Source: a virus
Lineage: Duplodnaviria; Caudoviricetes
Reading direction: 5' to 3' (one strand)
Virus record (IMG/VR): IMGVR_UViG_3300009481_000013
Span: 1-59,264 of that record
DNA: 59,264 bases
The notes beneath the pieces are model-generated. The model was not told the origin of the DNA. It made no database searches and saw nothing but the letters and a program-made list of their open reading frames with translations. Shown here in pieces: positions 51,813 to 59,264 of the stretch (positions within the stretch are counted from its first letter, which is position 1; every line of letters starts with the position of its first letter). A program made the translations under genes and the position numbers.

Positions 51813-53409
51813 AAAGATTGTTTTCATAGCGGATTACTTCGTTGGAGAAGTTGTGGGGGGTGCCGAATGTAACGATTCGGTCCTCATTTCTTTTTTAGAG
51901 GCACAAGGTTATGAGGTTGAGAAGAGAGAGTCTCAACGTGTTCGCGTGTCTGACTTTGTCTCAAATGATGCTTTCTATATTGTTGGTAATTTTATTGGAC
52001 TCTCAGAAGATGTCAAATATACCATGGCTACTGCTGGTGTTGAGTATATAATTTATGAGCACGACCATAAATATTTAAAGTCACGCGACCCATCAAAATT
52101 TAAAAACTTCAAGGCTCCTTTGAACCAGATTATCAATCACGATTTTTACAGCAATGCGAAAGCCGTGGTTGTACTTAGCGAGATTTGCCAGGAGGTGATT
52201 TGCAAAAATCTCAACATCAATAATGTTTATAACATTGGATGCAGTCTGTGGGGGAAGGCTCGCCTTGAACTTTTGGAGCGCTTAAGTTATTCGAACAAAA
52301 CGGAAATGGTTTCAATTATGGAATCTAGCAACCCCACTAAAGGCACCGCAGCCGCTGTTGCGTTTTGTAAAAAGAATTCCTGGGATCCTCGTTTAATTCC
52401 AACAACTAAAATTCAAGAACAGTTTTTAGCAGATTTAGCTAAAACACATAAGTTGGTTTTTATCCCTCAAGTTCTTGAGACATTCTGTCGCTTGGCAGCT
52501 GAAGCTAAAATGCTCAACTGCACACTAATCACTAAGCCTAAAATGCTCGGGTTTGCAAGTGAAGCGTGTTTTGAGTTGCAAGGAAAAGAACTCATTGATG
52601 AAATGAGGCGTAGAGTCGACAAGGCGCTCAAGCTTTTCGAGGACTTGGTTGAAGGTAAAGAAGATACTGGCGACGGCAAGGTCACAGCCATTTTAAATTG
52701 CTACAAACGCCCACAACTTTTAAAAGAACAGATTCAGGCTTTAAGAAATCAATCTAATCCTCCTGACGAGATTTGGGTATGGGCTAACGACGATGGTCTT
52801 GAAGACAAACGTAGTCGTGCGTCACGCCTACGAACTTGTGGTGCAGACAGAGTTTTTAATAATGATCACAACTGGAAGTTCTATGGCAGATTCGCAGCTG
52901 CCTTGCTTGTCGACACCGAATATGTCGCAATCTTTGATGATGATACAATACCAGCAAAAGATTGGCTCTCAAACTGCCTAGAAACGATGGCAGTTAAGGA
53001 GGGCATCCTCGGTGGAGTTGGTTGCATACTGCCGGGAGACAGCTACTACGGGCACGAGAGAGTGGGTTGGAGTGCTCCCAACAAAGAGATAGTTGAAGTT
53101 GACCTTGTAGGTCACGCTTGGTTCTTCAAAAGAGAGTGGTTGCAATATTTGTGGAGAGAAAAACCACAAACTTGGGACAACGGAGAAGATATACAATTTT
53201 CTTATCTCGCTCAGAAATATGGAAATATTAAAACATACGTTCCCCCACACGACAAGCCAGAAAAGTTTAGCTCGACAAAGGGAATGGAGTATGGTATAGA
53301 TGATGTTGCAACTTCGAACACACGAAACCACGAAGTCTTCTATAAAGAGAGAAACGATTGTGTGAAGAATGCAGTTAAGAACGGTTGGAAAATCGTTAGG
53401 AGTCGATAA
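51793..53409 (+). CDS. two-domain glycosyltransferase (GT-B-like + GT2-like)
   Basis: ETFCRLAAEA; TAILNCYKR…FDDD…GED. Confidence 0.8.
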   Translation: MKLQKSRKIVFIADYFVGEVVGGAECNDSVLISFLEAQGYEVEKRESQRVRVSDFVSNDAFYIVGNFIGLSEDVKYTMATAGVEYIIYEHDHKYLKSRDPSKFKNFKAPLNQIINHDFYSNAKAVVVLSEICQEVICKNLNINNVYNIGCSLWGKARLELLERLSYSNKTEMVSIMESSNPTKGTAAAVAFCKKNSWDPRLIPTTKIQEQFLADLAKTHKLVFIPQVLETFCRLAAEAKMLNCTLITKPKMLGFASEACFELQGKELIDEMRRRVDKALKLFEDLVEGKEDTGDGKVTAILNCYKRPQLLKEQIQALRNQSNPPDEIWVWANDDGLEDKRSRASRLRTCGADRVFNNDHNWKFYGRFAAALLVDTEYVAIFDDDTIPAKDWLSNCLETMAVKEGILGGVGCILPGDSYYGHERVGWSAPNKEIVEVDLVGHAWFFKREWLQYLWREKPQTWDNGEDIQFSYLAQKYGNIKTYVPPHDKPEKFSSTKGMEYGIDDVATSNTRNHEVFYKERNDCVKNAVKNGWKIVRSR

Positions 53410-54467
53410 TGTTAGGTATTGCTTTTGGAACCAGACCTGAATGGATTAAGATTTTACCTGTTGTTAAGGAGTTAATCGAACGTGTTATTCCATTCAAATT
53501 AATAATCACAGGGCAGCATAGTGATCTTCTTAACTATAATAAAATAAGTGAAGACTTGTTTGATCGCGGTTATGATCCTGCTGATTGGAAGAAAGGTAAG
53601 CGAACAATGCGTGTGCTTGAAATAGCAACGCTTGATGATGCCAATAGATTAGATTCTATTGTTTCTAGTATTTTAAGCAAAAGTGATAATATTCTTGATG
53701 GGTGTACTTCCATTATGGTCCAGGGTGATACTACTTCAGCTTTTGCTTGTGCTCTTGCAGCCTTTCACAGACAGATTCCTGTGATTCACCTTGAAGCAGG
53801 GTTGAGAACGTATGTTTTGGAACAACCGTTTCCTGAAGAAGGAAATAGGCAGATGATCTCTTGTATTGCGAAGCTCCATTTATGCCCAACATATGAGGCA
53901 GAAGAAAATCTTTATTCTGAAAGAAAAGATTGGCAGTCTCTCGTTAAGACTACAGGAAATACTGTACTCGACAACATTCGAGATGTGAAGACGACGAACT
54001 TGAAGAGAGTGTTGGTAACAATGCATCGTAGAGAGAATCACGAACGTCTTGACGAGTGGTTTACAAATATCAATGCTTTGGCAAAAGAGAGACCTGACTA
54101 TGAGTTCTTGCTTCCCATTCATCCGAACCCTAATGTTTTGAAGCATCGTGATTTACTGACGCACGTTAAGGTGGTAGAGCCAATGGAGCACGATGAATTG
54201 ATCAAATACCTTGCCTCTTGCGAATATGTTATTACAGACAGTGGTGGAATCCAAGAAGAAGCTTGTTTCTTACGCAAGCCCACGATTGTTTGTAGAAAAG
54301 ATACAGAGAGAGAAGAAGGATTGGGAAACTTTTCGATGTTGTGTACTGGTCCAGAATTTCTTAGTGATATACACGGGCGACTTCACAAACTGAAGTGTGA
54401 GGGTCCTTGCCCCTATGGCGATGGTCATTCAGTAGAGAAGGTGGTAGATGCAATCCAAGGACTTTAG
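53409..54467 (+). CDS. wecB: UDP-N-acetylglucosamine 2-epimerase
   Basis: GTRPEWIK, TGQH, QGDT, HLEAGLR, PFPEE, HRREN, TDSGGIQEE. Confidence 0.95.
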   Translation: MLGIAFGTRPEWIKILPVVKELIERVIPFKLIITGQHSDLLNYNKISEDLFDRGYDPADWKKGKRTMRVLEIATLDDANRLDSIVSSILSKSDNILDGCTSIMVQGDTTSAFACALAAFHRQIPVIHLEAGLRTYVLEQPFPEEGNRQMISCIAKLHLCPTYEAEENLYSERKDWQSLVKTTGNTVLDNIRDVKTTNLKRVLVTMHRRENHERLDEWFTNINALAKERPDYEFLLPIHPNPNVLKHRDLLTHVKVVEPMEHDELIKYLASCEYVITDSGGIQEEACFLRKPTIVCRKDTEREEGLGNFSMLCTGPEFLSDIHGRLHKLKCEGPCPYGDGHSVEKVVDAIQGL

Positions 54468-55230
54468 AAAACATTTTTGGATGCTCCAAAAGAAGCTAAA
54501 GAGTGGTGAGAACTTTGCCTTCTCGCGTTATTCTGATGGTGAAATGATTATTATGCAGAATAAGCATTTGAAACTCGGTGACGAAAAAACGACCGTTGAT
54601 GGTGCAAACGCTGGCATTGGTTATGATAAATCAGATCATAAAGAATTTGATCCAAAGAAACATTCACATTTTAGAGATGAACTGCTCAAAGCCTATCAGC
54701 ATAAACAAGATAACTATTTTGTTGGTTTGAGTTGCCCGTGTTGTGTTGGTAAAGAGCAAAACAAATGGATGAAAGACGTTCGCGGCGGAGATGATAAGCA
54801 CTTGACTTGGGCGAATCTGTTTGTAAACTCAAACTATCCATATTTTCTAAACCATATTGTACCACTTTTGAAAAATAAAAAAGTATACATTGTGTGTAAC
54901 GAAAATGCTGATTTGAGTGAACTACCTTTTAAGGTGGAGAAAGATTGGCGTATTGGTTCAAACGCAATGATTGAAGATGCTGATTTGATTGATGGTATAG
55001 ATGGTTTCATTAATACGAATAAAGTGAAAAATGCAGTGTTTTTGTTCGCAGGTGCTTCTTTGACGAATTTGTTGATTGGTAGATTGTTCCCGACACATCC
55101 TGATAACACATATCTCGACATTGGAACAACGCTGAATCCACATATGAAGTTGCCTATTGCTAGAAATTATTTGAAGGGATATTTTTTAAAATCTGGCAAC
55201 ACAGAAATTTACAGGAGGTGTGTGTGGTGA
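54448..55230 (+). CDS. GT-D/DUF1792-like glycosyltransferase
   Basis: FSRYSDGE…LFAG…YLDIG. Confidence 0.65.
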   Translation: MQSKDFRKHFWMLQKKLKSGENFAFSRYSDGEMIIMQNKHLKLGDEKTTVDGANAGIGYDKSDHKEFDPKKHSHFRDELLKAYQHKQDNYFVGLSCPCCVGKEQNKWMKDVRGGDDKHLTWANLFVNSNYPYFLNHIVPLLKNKKVYIVCNENADLSELPFKVEKDWRIGSNAMIEDADLIDGIDGFINTNKVKNAVFLFAGASLTNLLIGRLFPTHPDNTYLDIGTTLNPHMKLPIARNYLKGYFLKSGNTEIYRRCVW

Positions 55231-55607
55231 ATGTTGTACACAATAAAAGAAAATATTGGGATTTCATTAGAAATCTTCGAAATGATTCGAGAGTAAAAAA
55301 AGGATTCATCCAACAGCACGAGATATCTCTTGATGAACATTACGACCACATGGGTCATTGCGCAGCTACATATAGGATTTGCCTTATTGAAGATAAGCCC
55401 GCAGGCTACGCCCGCGTTGATTATAGTGGAGACATTAGCGTTTGTGTCCACCCAGACTATCAGAAACAAGGTGTAGGAACGGCATTGATTGAAGATATTT
55501 CCTACTCAGACGCCTTTGCTAAAATAAAGATTGAGAATGAAGCAAGTCTGCGCCTCTTTGAGAAGTGTGGCTTCAAGAAAAAGTATTACATTATGGAGAA
55601 AGAATGA
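55218..55607 (+). CDS. GNAT N-acetyltransferase (PseH-like)
   Basis: VHPDYQKQGVGT…NEASLRLFEKCGF. Confidence 0.88.
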   Translation: MCVVNVVHNKRKYWDFIRNLRNDSRVKKGFIQQHEISLDEHYDHMGHCAATYRICLIEDKPAGYARVDYSGDISVCVHPDYQKQGVGTALIEDISYSDAFAKIKIENEASLRLFEKCGFKKKYYIMEKE

Positions 55608-56251
55608 AAGAAAATCCCTATGAAATTGTCAGAATGTTCGAGCGAGTAGTAGCAGAGTACACGGGTGCCCCTTATGCGGTATCGGTAGACTCTTGTACAA
55701 ATGCGTTGTTCTTGAGTCTTAAATATAAAGCTAAGCTTGAATCGTTACATCAACGTCTCCATACACATATCGTTATTCCAAAAAGAACATACCTTTCAGT
55801 ACCTCAATCAATTATTAGAGCAGGATACAACCTGGTATTCGATGAGCGCGAGTGGGAAGGAACTTATGATTTGATTGGCTCTAATGTAGTTGATGCAGCC
55901 AAACGCTTTACATCAAATATGTATGTACCAGGAAAGATGATGTGTCTTTCGTTTCACATTAAAAAGCATCTGAAGATTAGTAAGGGCGGAATGATTTTAA
56001 CAGACGATCCTGATGCAGTTGCGTGGCTCAAGAAGGCGCGATACGAAGGGCGCTCAGAAGGTGTTAGATATCAAGATGATGACATTGATATGTTGGGATG
56101 GAATATGTACATGACCCCTCAACAAGCAGCACACGGTCTTACTCTTATGCAAAACTTTCCAAAGGATAATCCAGATCTTCCTGAGGATCCACCATATAGA
56201 GATTTGACTGAGTTCACTATTTTCAGAAATACTCCGGTGTTGAAAAAATGA
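55604..56251 (+). CDS. short DegT/DnrJ/EryC1 sugar aminotransferase
   Basis: SCTNAL, DAA, SFHIKK, GGMI, GWN. Confidence 0.85.
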   Translation: MKENPYEIVRMFERVVAEYTGAPYAVSVDSCTNALFLSLKYKAKLESLHQRLHTHIVIPKRTYLSVPQSIIRAGYNLVFDEREWEGTYDLIGSNVVDAAKRFTSNMYVPGKMMCLSFHIKKHLKISKGGMILTDDPDAVAWLKKARYEGRSEGVRYQDDDIDMLGWNMYMTPQQAAHGLTLMQNFPKDNPDLPEDPPYRDLTEFTIFRNTPVLKK

Positions 56252-57123
56252 TTACATTTGTAGAGCTTGGAGTCTTGGGGCGACTGGGGAACCAACTTTT
56301 CCAATATGCTGCTCTTAAGGCACTGGGTTTGGAAAATGGCTATGACGTGCGTATTCCAAATCCAGCTACTCAGGTATGGCACAATCAGAAGTGTTTGCTT
56401 TCAGAGTTTAATCTTGAGTGCAAATATTACGATACCGATCTTCCTTTGTATATAAAATATCTCTATAACGAACGTGATCATATGAACTACGATCCCAATT
56501 TTTGGATCATTCCAGATGGTACAAACTTGAAGGGATTCTTTCAAAGTACACACTATTTTGAGAAACATTCTGAACAGATTAAAAAAGAACTGACACCTAA
56601 ACCTTGGCACCTCAAGAAAGCTGAAAAGAAAATAGCAGAAATAAAAGCAAAGTACCCTGGCTGTGATATTGTAAGCCTCCACCTTCGCCGAGGAGATAAC
56701 ACCGATGGTTCTAATATTTCGGTCAAGTTGAATCAGATGTATGATTCTTTCGAATCTGATTATGATGAGTATCTGGAAAAAGCGCTTCTCCAGTTTGATA
56801 GAAGAACCACTAAGTTCTTTGTATTCTCTGGTGGATCGCGCTCAGTAGGAAACGATAACACCGCAGATATGGAGTGGTGCAAGAAAGAGTTCTCAGGTGC
56901 TGAGTTCATCTTTTCTGAGACAAACGATACAATGGAAGATTTTTGTTTGATTAGGGCTTGTGATCACAATATCATCTCTCCAGTGAGTAGTTTCGGCTGG
57001 TGGGCAGCTTATCTAAATCCAAGCAAGGAAAAGATTGTAGTTGCTCCTAAACATTACCACCCAGATATGCCAGAATACAAGCACAGACCGGGATTTTACC
57101 CAAAGGATTGGAGACTATTATGA
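56248..57123 (+). CDS. alpha-1,2-fucosyltransferase (GT11)
   Basis: GRLGNQLFQYA, GFFQS, HLRRGD, SSFGWWAA. Confidence 0.9.
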   Translation: MITFVELGVLGRLGNQLFQYAALKALGLENGYDVRIPNPATQVWHNQKCLLSEFNLECKYYDTDLPLYIKYLYNERDHMNYDPNFWIIPDGTNLKGFFQSTHYFEKHSEQIKKELTPKPWHLKKAEKKIAEIKAKYPGCDIVSLHLRRGDNTDGSNISVKLNQMYDSFESDYDEYLEKALLQFDRRTTKFFVFSGGSRSVGNDNTADMEWCKKEFSGAEFIFSETNDTMEDFCLIRACDHNIISPVSSFGWWAAYLNPSKEKIVVAPKHYHPDMPEYKHRPGFYPKDWRLL

Positions 57124-57815
57124 AATTGATTTTTGATGTTGGCTATAATAGAGGCGACTTTACCTCTAAGTGTTTTGAGAAGTTCCCAGAGTGTAAATCG
57201 ATTGGTGTAGAAGCTAATCCTAATCTTGCTTATGCTGCCGAGGACACTCCAAATGTTACGGTGCTGAACAGGCTCGCTGCTCGTGAGGGCGATGATGACC
57301 TTGAGTTTTTCATTGAGCCAGACCAAGATGGTATCTCTACTGCTTCAAAAAAGTTTATGGAGAACTCACGTTTTTCAAAAGGAAGCGACAATCTTGCACC
57401 CCATTCAGCCGAATGGATTCCTCCTATTATGATTGAGACGATTACAATAGATGAGATGGTAGAAGAATATGGCAAACCAGATTTAATCAAAGTTGACGTA
57501 GAAGGTTATGAACTTGAAGTTTTAGCTGGATTAAGTCATAAAATCAATAGACTCTGCTTTGAGTGGCACGAAGAATTTTTAGATGAATTTGTTTTGTGTC
57601 TTGAAGAACTGGAGAGAATCGGATATAAAGAATATGGAATCATTGGCTACTTTGTTGAGCCAGATAAAATTGAGGGCATGACTTATTCCCCTCAAGGCGA
57701 TCCGTATATGGTAGAGCCAGAAAGCTATTTGTCACGCGAAGAGCTGCTTGACAATGTTAGAAAAGTCTGTTATCCTGAGCGCCGCATTAACTACGGAATG
57801 TTGTGGGCGAAATGA
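57120..57815 (+). CDS. FkbM family methyltransferase
   Basis: FDVGYNRG, EANP, IKVDVEGYE. Confidence 0.9.
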   Translation: MKLIFDVGYNRGDFTSKCFEKFPECKSIGVEANPNLAYAAEDTPNVTVLNRLAAREGDDDLEFFIEPDQDGISTASKKFMENSRFSKGSDNLAPHSAEWIPPIMIETITIDEMVEEYGKPDLIKVDVEGYELEVLAGLSHKINRLCFEWHEEFLDEFVLCLEELERIGYKEYGIIGYFVEPDKIEGMTYSPQGDPYMVEPESYLSREELLDNVRKVCYPERRINYGMLWAK

Positions 57816-58774
57816 AAGTATTAAATAATAGAAACCAAAACTACTCAGATGATGCAGATTTTTATCTAGAGTTTGAAGATCATGATGACGGTGATGATAG
57901 CGAAGTGTTGTACTACGGCTATGCATCTTGTCATGATAAGGCTAACATAGAACTTTACAAAGATTCAAAGCAGATTTTCTGGCAGATGGAACAGCCTTGC
58001 GGTCTTATGGATCCAGGCAAGACAGAATTTCATGTAAATATTGGAGAGAATTTTGATCGAATCTATTCTACGTGTCCGTACACTGCTGAGTGGTTAAATA
58101 AAATCAAGTACACTGATGGAAGATACCGAGTGTCCATTTTCCCCCACAATGCAAAGTACGCAATCAAAAAAGAAGAAGAAGTTGAGCGAGAGTTCGACGC
58201 TATCACTTGGGGCAACCCACACGTTCAAGACGTATATGATATTATAGAGACGATTTCCAAATTCAAGTACAACTTCTATACTCTGGGCTTGGCTAACCTC
58301 AATGCATACAAAAAGTATGTAACTGGCATGAAGATGGACAGAAAGGTTATGTGGGAGACTTTGCGAAAGACAAAGATCATGGTTACATCTAACCTCTTAT
58401 ACGTTCAGCCTCGTCACGTTGCAGCAACCAAGGGGATTCCTCAATGGGAACTCAATGAAGCTTTTTCTCATGTAGACCAAGGTATTATGCCTCAAATTAA
58501 GACCAGATGTATTGAGGCAGTCTTTAATAAGACTCTTCTTTTGGTCAAACGTGACCCATGGAGAGTTCTTGAGAAATGGTTTGTTGCTGGCGAAGACTTC
58601 TTGTATTACGACGACAAGAATGATCTTTACGAGAAGATAAAAGAGATTTCCAACAACTGGGATGATTACAAACACATTCCAGAAAGCGCTTATGAGAGAG
58701 CACTTAACAATTACACCACTGACCATTTGATGGAAGCTATCAAAAACGATGTTACAATGGAAATGCTGAAATGA
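57812..58774 (+). CDS. glycosyltransferase (GT-B C-terminal, CgeB-like)
   Basis: QIKTRCIEA…F..GEDFLYY. Confidence 0.7.
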   Translation: MKVLNNRNQNYSDDADFYLEFEDHDDGDDSEVLYYGYASCHDKANIELYKDSKQIFWQMEQPCGLMDPGKTEFHVNIGENFDRIYSTCPYTAEWLNKIKYTDGRYRVSIFPHNAKYAIKKEEEVEREFDAITWGNPHVQDVYDIIETISKFKYNFYTLGLANLNAYKKYVTGMKMDRKVMWETLRKTKIMVTSNLLYVQPRHVAATKGIPQWELNEAFSHVDQGIMPQIKTRCIEAVFNKTLLLVKRDPWRVLEKWFVAGEDFLYYDDKNDLYEKIKEISNNWDDYKHIPESAYERALNNYTTDHLMEAIKNDVTMEMLK

Positions 58775-59264
58775 GTTTCTACAAGAATAAGAAAGTCCTC
58801 GTCACCGGTGGAGCCGGTATGATTGGTAGAGAAGTAGTAGACCTTTTATTGGAAAAGGGTGCTAAAGTCAGAGTATCGAGCATCGACGACAATCCAGTGT
58901 TGCCCAAAGGTGTTGCTTATTTTCAAGCAGATTTGACGGACATCAATCTTTGTCACGAAGCTTGTAGAGACATTGACTATGTTGTAAATTGTATTGGAGT
59001 CAAGGGTTCGCCCAAGATGTGTATGGAGAAGCCAGCCAGCTTCTTCGTCCCAATGTTACAGTTTAATACTAACATGATGCAGGCTGCCCTTGAGAACAAG
59101 ATTGAGCGATATGTATATGTCAGTAGTGTTGGAGTTTATTCGCCTCAGGAAGTTTTCCAAGAAGATTCCGTTTGGTCTACGTTCCCATCGCCAAACGACA
59201 AGTTTGCAGGCTGGGCAAAGAGAATGGGCGAACTTCAAGCTGAAGCTTACAAGATTCAATACGG
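58771..59264 (+). CDS. NAD-dependent sugar epimerase/GDP-fucose synthase-like (truncated by window end)
   Basis: VLVTGGAGMIG, DL, VSSVGVY, GWAKRMGE. Confidence 0.88.
   Translation, partial: MSFYKNKKVLVTGGAGMIGREVVDLLLEKGAKVRVSSIDDNPVLPKGVAYFQADLTDINLCHEACRDIDYVVNCIGVKGSPKMCMEKPASFFVPMLQFNTNMMQAALENKIERYVYVSSVGVYSPQEVFQEDSVWSTFPSPNDKFAGWAKRMGELQAEAYKIQY

Noticed and set aside
4728-59259. Minus-strand ORFs other than 43896-44567
   Set aside because: Shadow ORFs opposite well-supported + strand genes, with no motifs or RBS
1-59264. rRNA genes, integrase/transposase, major capsid or terminase genes
   Set aside because: No recognisable signatures in this window; phage origin is inferred from gene content and organisation

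Overview
A 59-kb segment of a large (jumbo-type) AT-rich dsDNA phage genome, almost entirely on the + strand, standard genetic code. Layout: (1) 1-8.5 kb, an early region with a tandem array of small paralogous 'FKKGDLV' (SH3/KOW-like) genes, an AEP primase-like gene and an oligoribonuclease. (2) 8.5-20.4 kb, a probable late, virion-packaged module (NUDIX, GNAT-like, ART-like, Pol-beta nucleotidyltransferase, metallopeptidases, and a 1383-aa NTase/RNA-ligase-like/HxGH-transferase fusion) sharing N-terminal W..FL.E tags. (3) 21.4-43.5 kb, an RNA-gene island: leader-peptide attenuator, tmRNA and about 35 tRNAs covering all 20 amino acids, interspersed with a helicase, a zinc-ribbon repeat protein, HNH nucleases and nucleotide-metabolism genes. 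The island also holds non-canonical RNAs: three circularly permuted tRNA-like RNAs, two tRNA scaffolds carrying large inserts in place of the anticodon loop, a four-copy covarying pseudoknot motif next to tRNA ends, and other structured RNAs. (4) 43.9-49.2 kb, serine protease, PIN-PhoH, HNH and PD-(D/E)XK nuclease. (5) 49.2-59.3 kb, a glycan biosynthesis cluster. All structures were folded by eye and all protein calls come from motifs; no database searches were run.
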